Assembly (NCBI GenBank): GCA_964517155.1
Contig: CAZFAZ010000056.1
Coordinates: 1-32,538, forward strand
DNA length: 32,538 bases
Source of the DNA: an uncultured Thermoplasmatales archaeon
GTDB lineage: Archaea > Thermoplasmatota > E2 > DHVEG-1
Direction: 5' to 3'
The stretch's first letter is position 1. Every line of letters begins with the position of its first letter. The position numbers were made by a program, and so were the translations under genes. Positions 18,664 to 27,874 of the stretch are shown here, piece after piece. The notes below the pieces were generated by a model. The model saw only the letters and a list, made by a program, of their open reading frames with translations. It had not been told where the DNA came from and ran no database searches.

Positions 18664-19734
18664 TTAAACTTCTTGTAATAAGAACGGCCAGAGACATTTA
18701 ACTCTTTCTTCCCATTCATCAGGATATAAGAATCTTTCAGCCGCAGTAACACTACTTAGAATACTGTTGCCGTCCTGTGGTGTAAAACAAAATCCGATAA
18801 CTTCGTTATCATTTAAAACATGAACTGTTGGTATCACTGCAACTGTTTGATCAAGTAATCGTCCGTAGTGACCATGCTCACGACCAAAAGAAAACACAAG
18901 ATTCGCAGATTTTTTATGCGTAACTGCGACACGCGGATTATCTATAAGTTTTTGTATTACTTCATCTTTTGTGATTTTTTTATCAAGTTTTAAATCATAC
19001 CAGATGCAGTGCATATACTGTGTGTTTAGTTTAAGAGCACTTGAAAAAACATTAAGATCGATTCCCATTGTTTTATATAACTGGTTGACGTCTACTGCAT
19101 GATGTGTACCCATTTTTGGGTCTTTATGACTACCAACTTCGGGTGAAGGTATAAAACTTTTTACCTGACTTATATCATTTGCACGACGAATACACAGGAA
19201 ACGTCCTTCTTTAAGTTGATTCTTGTTATTGTTTCCAATTGCAAGAGTTTTTATAAGAACTGCAATGTTGTGAGTATTGCAACTAACAATATGAATAAAT
19301 TTATCTTTAGGTGTTATCACTTCATCATTGATTCCTACAGCATACATTTTTCCAAAGCCGAATTCTGAGCCTTGAGCCATGAATCCTTTAACCTTGTTTT
19401 TGTATTTGTTGTAGTATTTTTCTTTATTCATCATACCTGTACCTTTTGGGGTACAATCAACTATAACAGATGCACGAGCTATTGCTTCTTCAGCCTCGTA
19501 CATTGGGTCTATTCCTAACTCTTGGAATTCTGTTTTCTTTTCATCATTTACGGCAAGGTTTGCACCTTTTTTTATAAGACCTCTTATTTTAGGTCTATCT
19601 GTAAGATTTGGGCTGTGTTTGTAAAAAGTTACTTCATCTATTCCAAGATCTTCTTGAGCGCTACATAAAAGACCAATTAATGGTTCTCCAATTGTGCCTG
19701 TACCTACAACATGAACAATTTTTTTATCTGACAT
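18664..19734 (-). CDS. Archaeal-type glyceraldehyde-3-phosphate dehydrogenase homolog
   Basis: GTGTIG nucleotide-binding loop, VDCTPKG, AQG, catalytic SCNT, RRAND and THHA motifs. Divergent from the canonical enzyme. Confidence 0.75.
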   Translation of the reverse strand: MSDKKIVHVVGTGTIGEPLIGLLCSAQEDLGIDEVTFYKHSPNLTDRPKIRGLIKKGANLAVNDEKKTEFQELGIDPMYEAEEAIARASVIVDCTPKGTGMMNKEKYYNKYKNKVKGFMAQGSEFGFGKMYAVGINDEVITPKDKFIHIVSCNTHNIAVLIKTLAIGNNNKNQLKEGRFLCIRRANDISQVKSFIPSPEVGSHKDPKMGTHHAVDVNQLYKTMGIDLNVFSSALKLNTQYMHCIWYDLKLDKKITKDEVIQKLIDNPRVAVTHKKSANLVFSFGREHGHYGRLLDQTVAVIPTVHVLNDNEVIGFCFTPQDGNSILSSVTAAERFLYPDEWEERVKCLWPFLLQEV

Positions 19735-19872
19735 GTCAATATACGCCTCCCCTTAAGCTTTTTTGGGCAGTTCTGTAATCAACATACTGCATTTAATTGT
19801 TGTCATTTTTAAACATATATCTGTCGTTTTAAAGGGAATAATTTAAAAAGGATGATATATTACACCCCATTC

Positions 19873-20088
19873 ATGGCGCTTCCGTTAGATGTACTGGAAA
19901 AAGCAATGAATCAAAAACTTTCTTTATTGCTAAAAGATAGTAGAGTTATAGAAGGAAAATTAACTGGTTATGATGAATACATGAACATGGTTTTATCAGA
20001 TGTAGAAGAAACACTAGGTGAAACCAAACGTCGTCTTGGTACTGTTATTCTACGTGGAAATAATGTTGTAAGTATTTCTCTTTTATAA
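19873..20088 (+). CDS. Sm-like archaeal protein (Lsm/SmAP1)
   Basis: Sm1 GKLTGYDEYMNMVL and Sm2 ILRGNNVV. TTTAAAAA about 30 nt upstream supports a leaderless start at ATG 19873. Confidence 0.95.
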   Translation: MALPLDVLEKAMNQKLSLLLKDSRVIEGKLTGYDEYMNMVLSDVEETLGETKRRLGTVILRGNNVVSISLL

Positions 20089-20108
20089 TACAATTTTTAG
20101 CCTTTTTA

Positions 20109-20125
20109 GCGAAATGTATATATAT
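20109..20125 (+). promoter_or_regulatory. BRE-TATA promoter of candidate sRNA 1
   Basis: GCGAAAT-G-TATATATAT; canonical spacing predicts a start at about 20146-20148. Confidence 0.65.
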
Positions 20126-20147
20126 GTGTTACTTATTTGATATATAT

Positions 20148-20223
20148 GGAAGGAATCGGGCTGGTAGTTTTTGTTAGAGTGCATCCCATCCCCTCCTAGT
20201 GAGGCCAGCCATCCTTCCTTTTT
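20148..20223 (+). ncRNA. Candidate trans-acting small RNA 1, antisense to the cdrS-ftsZ intercistronic leader
   Basis: GC-rich island with stems GGAAGGA/TCCTTCC and GGCTGG/CCAGCC, a small CCTC/GAGG hairpin and a 3' T-run. Blocks of 11, 6 and 18 nt are identical to the + strand of 4902-4968. Confidence 0.78.
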
Positions 20224-20282
20224 AACTATGTTATTTTAAAAAAGTTTTAAGTATAGTTTTATTATACATGCAACTGGTTTTT

Positions 20283-21932
20283 ATGGGGAGCAAAATAAAG
20301 GCTACAACAGGCATGAAACTTAGATGCAAAGGCTGGAAACAAGAAGCGATACTTCGCATGCTTGAAAACAATCTTGAAAATGCAGAAATTCCTGAAGAAT
20401 TAATTGTTTATGGTGGAACTGGTAAAGCTGCGCGAAATTGGGATTGCTACAAAAAGATAGTTGAGACACTTAAAAATCTTGAAAACGATGAGACTATGGT
20501 TATTCAATCAGGAAAACCTGTTGCTGTTTTTAAAACTTGGACAAACTCTCCTCGTGTTGTTATGGCTAACTCAAATATTGTCCCTCATTGGAGTTGTTGG
20601 GAGAAATTCTACGAGCTTGAAAGACTAGGACTTATTATGTATGCTCAGATGACTGCAGGTTCATGGTGTTATATAGGAACACAAGGGATAATACAAGGTA
20701 CATATGAAACATTTGCCGCTCTTGCGAAAAAACATTTTAAAAGTAATCTAAAAGGTAAGATAGTTTTGACTGGTGGTATTGGAGGTATGGGTGGTGCTCA
20801 ACCTCTGGCAGTTAAAATGGCAGGTGGCGTATGTATTGCAGTTGAATGTGAAGAAAGTCGCATTGATAGAAGAATTTCCGCAGGTTTTTGTGATAAAAAA
20901 ATAAAAGATGTTAATGAGGCTTTAGAGCTTGCCCAAAAAGCAAAAGCTGATGGAAAAGCACTTGCTATTGGGCTTCTTGGAAATTGTGCAGATATTTTGC
21001 CTTATTTAGTAAAAAAAGGTTTTAAACCAGATGTTGTAACAGATCAAACAAGTGCTCATGATGAGCTTAACGGTTATGTCCCTTCAGGTTTTTATGGTGA
21101 TAATTTAAAAGAAGCATTTGTTCTTAGGAAAAAAAATTCACAAGAATACATTAAAAAATCAATGCAAAGTATGAAAATTCATTGTAAATCAATGCTTGAT
21201 TTTAAGAAAAATGGCTCTGTTGTTTTTGACTATGGAAATAACCTGCGTGGTCAGGCGTTAAAGGCAGGTCTTTCTAATGCTTTTGATTACCCTGGTTTTG
21301 TACCAGCGTATGTTCGACCTATGCTTGCAGTAGGTCGCGGGCCTTTTAGATGGCTTGCACTTTCAGGGAATCCTGATGATATAATTAAAACTGATAAAGC
21401 AGTTCTTGAAATGTTTCCAAGGGATGATGTTTTATCTAATTGGATTAAACTTGCTGAAGAATTTTTACCTTGGGAGGGACTTCCTGCGCGTGTCTGTTGG
21501 CTTGGTTATGGTGAGCGTGACAGATTTGCTTTAAAAATTAATAAGATGGTTAAAAAAGGTGAGATTGGGCCTATTGCAATAACACGTGATCATCTTGATA
21601 GTGGAAGTGTTGCTTCCCCCTATCGTGAGACTGAAAGTATGAAGGATGGTAGTGACGTAATTGCTGATTGGCCACTGCTTAATGCTCTTTTAAATTGTGC
21701 CGCTGGTGCAGATAGCGTGCAAATTCATAATGGTGGTGGGGTAGGAATTGGTCTTTCTACTCATGCCGGCATGGTTGTTGTATGTGATGGAACTAGTGAA
21801 ACAGATGAAAGAATAAAACGTGTTTTTAAAACAGACCCGGGTATAGGTGTAGTACGTCATGCTGATGCAGGATACATTGAAGCATTAAATGTTGTGAAGA
21901 AAACAGATTTGAAACTTCCGATGATAAAATAA
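20283..21932 (+). CDS. hutU: Urocanate hydratase
   Basis: LIVYGGTGKAARNW, QMTAGSWCYIGTQGIIQGTYET, TDQTSAHD, RDHLDSGSVASPYRETE and HNGGGVG motifs. ATG 20268 is an alternative start. Confidence 0.97.
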   Translation: MGSKIKATTGMKLRCKGWKQEAILRMLENNLENAEIPEELIVYGGTGKAARNWDCYKKIVETLKNLENDETMVIQSGKPVAVFKTWTNSPRVVMANSNIVPHWSCWEKFYELERLGLIMYAQMTAGSWCYIGTQGIIQGTYETFAALAKKHFKSNLKGKIVLTGGIGGMGGAQPLAVKMAGGVCIAVECEESRIDRRISAGFCDKKIKDVNEALELAQKAKADGKALAIGLLGNCADILPYLVKKGFKPDVVTDQTSAHDELNGYVPSGFYGDNLKEAFVLRKKNSQEYIKKSMQSMKIHCKSMLDFKKNGSVVFDYGNNLRGQALKAGLSNAFDYPGFVPAYVRPMLAVGRGPFRWLALSGNPDDIIKTDKAVLEMFPRDDVLSNWIKLAEEFLPWEGLPARVCWLGYGERDRFALKINKMVKKGEIGPIAITRDHLDSGSVASPYRETESMKDGSDVIADWPLLNALLNCAAGADSVQIHNGGGVGIGLSTHAGMVVVCDGTSETDERIKRVFKTDPGIGVVRHADAGYIEALNVVKKTDLKLPMIK

Positions 21933-21938
21933 GTATAT

Positions 21939-23462
21939 TTATTCCAGTTTTCCAACTGTTTTTTCAACTTCAGAAAGTATTTCACAAGATTTAACAAGTT
22001 CTTTCATTTTTGTATGATCCGTATAAAGCGGTCTATCTACATCAAGGAATTTTACATGTTTACGAATTACGTCTTTTGCCTTTGTAACACCTTTACCAAA
22101 TTTGTAATCACGAAAATCAAGTGCCTGTGCTGCTGCCATAAGTTCTATACCAAGAATGCCATAGGCATTATCTATGATTTGGAAGTTTTTAATAGCTGTA
22201 TTCATAGCCATTGAGACAAAATCTTCTTGATCTGCTGCTGCAGGTATACTTTGTATAGATGCAGGATTTGAAAGTATTTTTTGTTCAACAATTAAATGAT
22301 CTGCTGTGTATTGAGAAAGCATAAGGCCTGAAAACATACCAGCGCCTTTAGTAAGAAATGCTGGAAGTCCAACACTTAGTGCAGGGTTATTTAACCTATT
22401 CATGCGTCTTTCACTTAAAATACATACCATAGTAATTGCAGTTCCTGCCATATCCATTGGTAGGCCCATGGGAGAGCCTTGGAAATTTGCACCTGAGAGT
22501 TGTAAATCTTCATCTGGGAAAAAAACTGGATTGTCTCCAACTCCATTAAGCTCGATTTCAATTTGTTCTTTTGCCCAGCGAAGTGCGTCATGAGCAGCAC
22601 CTATTACTTGTGGTGTTGAGCGCATTGAATATGCATCTTGTACTTTGCATTTCATTTTGCCGTTCTGAAGATCTCCATCTTTTACTAGTTTGCAGATTGC
22701 TTTTGCACTGCGGATAGCACCAGAAAATCCACGTGCTTCATGTAGTTTTGGAGTATATGGTTTCATATTTGCTTTGAGTGCTTCAAGGCTCATTGCTGCT
22801 GCTATTTCTGCTTGTTTTAAAAAATTATTAGCATCATGTAAAAAAATTGCACTCATTGCAGTAAGAAAGTTACAGCCGTTAATTATTGAAAGCCCGTCTC
22901 TTGCTTCAAGACCAGGAATTTTTATTCCTGTTTTTTTCATGGCGTCTTTGCCTTCGTAGAGTTTTCCTTTATAGTATGCTTTTCCTTCTCCAAGCATTAA
23001 AAGAGCAATTTGTGACATTGGTGCAAGGTCTCCACATGCACCAACACTTCCTTTTTGACAAACATATGGTGTTACACCTTTGTTTAGCATTTCAACAAGG
23101 GTTTGTGTAATTTGGGATCTGCAAGCACTTTGTCCATGAGCATGAACATTAACACGGGCAAGCATAGCACCACGAACATATTCTATTGGTGCAGGATCAC
23201 CTATTCCTGCTGCATGGTTATAAACTAAATATTTCTGGAATTGTTTTATTTTATCTTGTGTTAATACTACTTCTGAAAATTCACCAATTCCTGTATTTAC
23301 TCCATACATTATTTCTTTGGTTTTTATTTTTTTTTCAAGAACATCTCTGCATTTTTTTATGCGTTTTAGTGCATCAGGATGCAGTTTTATTTTTTCGTTA
23401 TGTCTTGCAACCTGTACTACTTTTTCAACTGTAAGATTTGAACCATCAATAACAATTGTCAT
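21939..23462 (-). CDS. hutH: Histidine ammonia-lyase (aromatic amino acid lyase family)
   Basis: YGVNTGIG, GSVGACGDLAP, VQDAYSMR, GANFQG and QEDFVSM motifs; adjacent to hutU. Confidence 0.9.
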   Translation of the reverse strand: MTIVIDGSNLTVEKVVQVARHNEKIKLHPDALKRIKKCRDVLEKKIKTKEIMYGVNTGIGEFSEVVLTQDKIKQFQKYLVYNHAAGIGDPAPIEYVRGAMLARVNVHAHGQSACRSQITQTLVEMLNKGVTPYVCQKGSVGACGDLAPMSQIALLMLGEGKAYYKGKLYEGKDAMKKTGIKIPGLEARDGLSIINGCNFLTAMSAIFLHDANNFLKQAEIAAAMSLEALKANMKPYTPKLHEARGFSGAIRSAKAICKLVKDGDLQNGKMKCKVQDAYSMRSTPQVIGAAHDALRWAKEQIEIELNGVGDNPVFFPDEDLQLSGANFQGSPMGLPMDMAGTAITMVCILSERRMNRLNNPALSVGLPAFLTKGAGMFSGLMLSQYTADHLIVEQKILSNPASIQSIPAAADQEDFVSMAMNTAIKNFQIIDNAYGILGIELMAAAQALDFRDYKFGKGVTKAKDVIRKHVKFLDVDRPLYTDHTKMKELVKSCEILSEVEKTVGKLE

Positions 23463-23571
23463 ATATTTTCCCCTTGAATTTTTTCTTATTGTAAGATACC
23501 TGTATCAAATTCTCTTCTAAATATTTTTACATTCTTAAATTTATAAACAAAAACATTGATAAATTAACTTC

Positions 23572-24651
23572 ATGTTTAACCTTTGTAAAAAGGTGAATGT
23601 TATAGTTAAACCAAAATCTACTCTTCAGGGTGTTATAAAAAGACTGCATCTTAATTCAGATAGAAAAGATAAAATTAAACTAGATTTAAATGAGAATTTA
23701 ATGGGCTGTTCACTTAAAGTTGTTGAAGCATTAAAAAAAGTTACTTGTGATGAAATATCTGTATATCCTGAATATGATGCTTTTACTGATAAACTTTCTT
23801 CTTATCTTAATGTAGAAAAAAATAATTTATTGATTACAAATGGTGCTGACGAAGCACTTAGAGTTATAATGGATACATATCTTGATAAAAATGATGAAAT
23901 AATTATTCCTATTCCAACTTTTTATATTTTTGAGTCGCATTCTGAGGTTATAGGTGCGGAGAAAATTTTAGTGCAATATAATCAAGATCTTAGTTTTCCT
24001 GTTGAACAAATAATGGAAAAAATAAATGATAATACAAAGATGGTAGCTATTGTAAATCCAAATAACCCAACAGGAACAATTGTTGGGAGAAATGATATAA
24101 TCAGGATTTTAGAAAAAGCAAAAAATGCAATTGTTTTAGTTGATGAAGCATATTTCCAGTTTAGTAGTAAAAGCTGTAAGGATTTGATAAATCAGCATAA
24201 TAATCTTATTATTGTTCAGACTTTTTCAAAAGGCTTTGGTCTTGCAGGTGTCAGACTTGGTTATATTATATCTAATTATACTGTTATAGAAAATCTACGA
24301 AAAATAGTTTTACCATATAGTGTAAATGGTTTAAGTATCGTAGCAGGTTCTGCCGCACTTGATGATTTAGATTTTGTAAATCATTATGTAAATCTTGTAA
24401 GGGATAACAGAAGTTATTTACTTGTTGAATTAGATAAAATAGGTGTTAGAACGTATCCTTCTGATGCAAATTTTATAGTTGCAAACTTTGGTGAAGATTT
24501 AGATATTATTCTTAAAAAGTTGCATGAGAAAAATATACTTGTAAATAATGTGTCAAATCTCCCGTTGCTCGAAGGTTGTTTAAGGATTGCAATTGGTACA
24601 AAAAGTCAAATGGAAATGCTTGTAAATGAAATAAAAGAAATTTTAAACTAA
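23572..24651 (+). CDS. hisC: Histidinol-phosphate aminotransferase family protein
   Basis: LDLNEN, TNGADE, NPNNPTG, VDEAY and PLP-lysine motif TFSKGFGLAGVRLGY. Confidence 0.85.
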   Translation: MFNLCKKVNVIVKPKSTLQGVIKRLHLNSDRKDKIKLDLNENLMGCSLKVVEALKKVTCDEISVYPEYDAFTDKLSSYLNVEKNNLLITNGADEALRVIMDTYLDKNDEIIIPIPTFYIFESHSEVIGAEKILVQYNQDLSFPVEQIMEKINDNTKMVAIVNPNNPTGTIVGRNDIIRILEKAKNAIVLVDEAYFQFSSKSCKDLINQHNNLIIVQTFSKGFGLAGVRLGYIISNYTVIENLRKIVLPYSVNGLSIVAGSAALDDLDFVNHYVNLVRDNRSYLLVELDKIGVRTYPSDANFIVANFGEDLDIILKKLHEKNILVNNVSNLPLLEGCLRIAIGTKSQMEMLVNEIKEILN

Positions 24652-24691
24652 AACTTAAATACGAGATGTTTTTTTAAGGTGCTTGGTAAAT

Positions 24692-25846
24692 ATGAGTTTA
24701 GAAGAGATATCTGCATCAATGAGTCAAAGTATTAATGAACTATTTGGTTTTTCAGATCCTTTGTATGGCGAACTAATTTTTTCATCTATTCTATTAGTCT
24801 TATTTTTATTTCTTGGATGGATTGTTAATCATGTTTTTGAACATTATTTTAAGAAATGGGCTCAAAAAACAAAAACAAAACTCGATGATGAAATATTAAA
24901 AAATGTCAATAAACCTATATATGTGTTAGTACTGTTTTTTGGATTTTACTATTTTATGCATAATATCAGCATTTTAGCTCAATACTTTGATATGACTACT
25001 GAGATATTCGATGAGGCAGGAAATGTTATAGGTCAGACAACAAAAGGAGTTTTTGACCTCAGTGAATTATTTTTATTAATTGAAGTTTTACTTGTCGCTT
25101 ATATCTTTACAAGAGTTACAAATGTTCTTTTTGCATGGTATATCGAAAGACAAGAGCGTAAAACAAAAGCAAGTCAGCATATTTTATATGTATTCAGAGT
25201 GGTTTTTAATGCAGTAATTTATCTTATTGCATTTTTTGTTTTCATGGGTCTTTCAGGAATAGATTTAACAGGTCTTGCAATAGGTGGTGCTGCAACAGCG
25301 ATAGTTATTGGTTTTGCGTTGCAGAGTATTCTTGGTGATTTTTTCAGTGCTTTTTCAATTTATTTTGATAAACCATTTGAAATTGGAGATTTCATAATCG
25401 TTGGTGATTACTCAGGAACTGTAAAAAAAATAGGAATGAAGTCAACACGTGTACAACTCCTACAAGGTGAAGAATTAGTCCTATCAAACAAAGAACTAAC
25501 TACTGCAAGTATTCGTAATTTTAAGAAAATGACAAGGCGAAGAATTGAATTTGGCTTTGGAGTAACATATGATACTTCTCTTGAAAAACTTAAAAAAATC
25601 CCGGATATAATTAAATCCATAATTAACACTGAAAGTATTAAACATGTATACAAACTTGATAGAGTTCATTTTTCAGAGTTCGGTGACTTTAGTCTTAATT
25701 TTGATGTTGTATATTATTTAGATACACAAGATTACAATAAATATAAAGATACTCAACAAGAAATTAACTTTAGAATCAAAGAATCCTTTGAAAAAGAAGG
25801 AATAGAAATGGCTTTCCCAACGCAGACTATATTTCTAAACAAGTAA
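24692..25846 (+). CDS. Small-conductance mechanosensitive channel (MscS family)
   Basis: IGFALQSILGDFFS, DKPFEIGDFI, GTVKKIGMKST, GVTYDT and GIEMAFPTQ motifs. SD AAGGTG upstream; TTG 24683 is an alternative start. Confidence 0.93.
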   Translation: MSLEEISASMSQSINELFGFSDPLYGELIFSSILLVLFLFLGWIVNHVFEHYFKKWAQKTKTKLDDEILKNVNKPIYVLVLFFGFYYFMHNISILAQYFDMTTEIFDEAGNVIGQTTKGVFDLSELFLLIEVLLVAYIFTRVTNVLFAWYIERQERKTKASQHILYVFRVVFNAVIYLIAFFVFMGLSGIDLTGLAIGGAATAIVIGFALQSILGDFFSAFSIYFDKPFEIGDFIIVGDYSGTVKKIGMKSTRVQLLQGEELVLSNKELTTASIRNFKKMTRRRIEFGFGVTYDTSLEKLKKIPDIIKSIINTESIKHVYKLDRVHFSEFGDFSLNFDVVYYLDTQDYNKYKDTQQEINFRIKESFEKEGIEMAFPTQTIFLNK

Positions 25847-25857
25847 TTTTCTTTAAT

Positions 25858-25930
25858 AGTCCCGTAATGTAGCGGTCAATCATCCGGGATTCTGGATCCC
25901 GGTACCCCAGTTCGAATCTGGGCGGGACTA
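25858..25930 (+). tRNA. tRNA-Gln (CTG)
   Basis: Acceptor AGTCCCG/CGGGACT with A1-U72 typical of archaeal tRNA-Gln. Anticodon arm CGGGA-TTCTGGA-TCCCG, T arm CCCAG-TTCGAAT-CTGGG. Confidence 0.96.
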
Positions 25931-25936
25931 TTATTT

Positions 25937-26539
25937 TTATCCAAGCATTTTAACTGAAATCTCTGTATTTATTTCGATAATTGCGCCCTCTCCACGTTTT
26001 CCTATACTACAATTCACAAAAACAGTATCATTAATTTTTTTGTATCCTGGATCTTCATGTATATGCCCACTCAAAACAAGTCGTGGTTTATATTTATCCA
26101 CAAGTGCTCTTAATTCTTTGCTACCGCCATGCATTCCAATGAAGATTTTATCTACTGTATCAAAAGGGGGTACATGTGTAACGAGAACTGTATTTTCATC
26201 TATCATTTTTTTATCGGATAGAATTTTGAAATGATTGAGATTAATACCACTTGTACCAACAAAAGGAATTCCTTTTTTTACAATTTTTTTAAGCTCAATT
26301 TTTGTAGCTTTACTGTCATCGATTCCTTTTTCAACATCTGGTGAGTCAATATTTCCAGTAACCGCTAATGTATCAACTTGTATTTGATTTAAGAAATTCT
26401 TTGCAACATCTCCTGGGCCGTATTGTGTTATATCTCCACATACAACTACAATGTCTGGAGCATGTCTTTGTATATTTTTTAAAATAAGATTTAGCCTATA
26501 TTGGGATCCGTGTATATCTGCTACGCTATAGATTTTCAT
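25937..26539 (-). CDS. Calcineurin-like metallophosphoesterase
   Basis: DIHG, GDIT, GNID, THVPP and SGHIHE motifs. Confidence 0.92.
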   Translation of the reverse strand: MKIYSVADIHGSQYRLNLILKNIQRHAPDIVVVCGDITQYGPGDVAKNFLNQIQVDTLAVTGNIDSPDVEKGIDDSKATKIELKKIVKKGIPFVGTSGINLNHFKILSDKKMIDENTVLVTHVPPFDTVDKIFIGMHGGSKELRALVDKYKPRLVLSGHIHEDPGYKKINDTVFVNCSIGKRGEGAIIEINTEISVKMLG

Positions 26540-26572
26540 TTTTTTACCTGTCTTATCTAACGATGCTTTTTT

Positions 26573-27841
26573 TTATGTTGGTAAGATTATATCTTCGTAA
26601 ATAGAACGCAGGTAATCAAATTTTTCCTCAAAAATTTCTGCTTGTTTTTGAATTATTTTTTCTGCTTGATTTATATCCATATCTTTTACATCTTTTGCAT
26701 AGCTTACAAAACGGCCAATCCATAGGGTTTTTAAAGTATCTAAAAGCAGGTATTTATCTGCATCAGTTCTAACATTTTTCCATGATGCAGCATAGTTGTA
26801 TACAACTTCTGTCCATAATTCACAATCAAATTTTTGTTTTTGGTTTGCAACTTTTTCAATGTCATTTACTATGCTTTCTGGCAAGAATTGTTTCATCGTG
26901 TTTATTGATGATTTAAACTCTGTTTCAAAAGATTTCTGCATATTTGGTATGCTGATTTTTACAGGAATTGGTTTTTGACTAAAACATTCTCTGTAGTATT
27001 TTGTTTTAAATCTTGGCCGATGGGATTTCCATTCATCTTCATAATATTCTGCTAGTTTAAACATACTGCCAGTTACTTTTCTAAACATCGGGATTAAAAA
27101 TTTTTCTGGCTCTAAATAACGAGTAGTTGATTCATGTATTTTTAAAGAAAATAATCCTTCTTTTACATAGAAGCATTCTGCTGCTGCAACTGTTAATATA
27201 AATATATCTATTCCAAAATCTGGTGGAAATAGTGGATGTGCTCTAAGTCTCTCGTAAAGATTTTTTGATATAGCGTATTCACCTGCAATAGGCTGGCGTA
27301 TATCAATTCCATATAATGCACGTGTGAAAGGATAGACTAAGTTGTTTGTTATTACTCCATCGTTTTTATCACGTATATAGTATGGCACGGTAAGATCAGC
27401 TCTTCCATAAACAATTGCATTTGCCATCATTGGAAGCCAGCTAGGTTTAATGCTTAACAAATCTCCATCCATTAAAACAACGCATTTAGCATCGCATTCA
27501 TGTGCGATTTCAAAAATAGTCATAACTCCGGCGCCTTTTCCTGCAGGAATTATATCTTTTGTTACTATTTTTTTAATAGATGAGTATGGTTGAAAAAGTT
27601 CAATCGCTTCATCTGTTTTATCTAAGGAATCTGCAGTACTTATAACAATTGCTTTTTTGTAATCTGGAAAATATCTATAAAGTCCTTCGTTTATGACGTT
27701 TAGAACATTTAAAATAGTTGTTTCTACGTCTTTGCAGAGTACGCCGACTAATATATCAGTTTCTTTTGCTTCTTTGCATTTTTTTATAACATCTGAACTT
27801 AGTTTCAGCTCTTTATTCCACTCTTGATTCATCCCATCCAC
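26573..27841 (-). CDS. GT-A glycosyltransferase, glucosylglycerate/mannosylglycerate synthase-like
   Basis: GKGAG, DGD, DGVITNNLVYP, IRQPIAGEY and FGIDI motifs. Confidence 0.75.
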   Translation of the reverse strand: MDGMNQEWNKELKLSSDVIKKCKEAKETDILVGVLCKDVETTILNVLNVINEGLYRYFPDYKKAIVISTADSLDKTDEAIELFQPYSSIKKIVTKDIIPAGKGAGVMTIFEIAHECDAKCVVLMDGDLLSIKPSWLPMMANAIVYGRADLTVPYYIRDKNDGVITNNLVYPFTRALYGIDIRQPIAGEYAISKNLYERLRAHPLFPPDFGIDIFILTVAAAECFYVKEGLFSLKIHESTTRYLEPEKFLIPMFRKVTGSMFKLAEYYEDEWKSHRPRFKTKYYRECFSQKPIPVKISIPNMQKSFETEFKSSINTMKQFLPESIVNDIEKVANQKQKFDCELWTEVVYNYAASWKNVRTDADKYLLLDTLKTLWIGRFVSYAKDVKDMDINQAEKIIQKQAEIFEEKFDYLRSIYEDIILPT

Positions 27842-27874
27842 TCATAATTGTAATATATCTCATCATTTTTGTAA

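Noticed and set aside
20148..20218. C/D box, H/ACA guide or CRISPR repeat interpretation of the candidate sRNA
   Set aside because: No RUGAUGA/CUGA boxes, no terminal ACA, and no repeat-spacer array or cas genes in the window.
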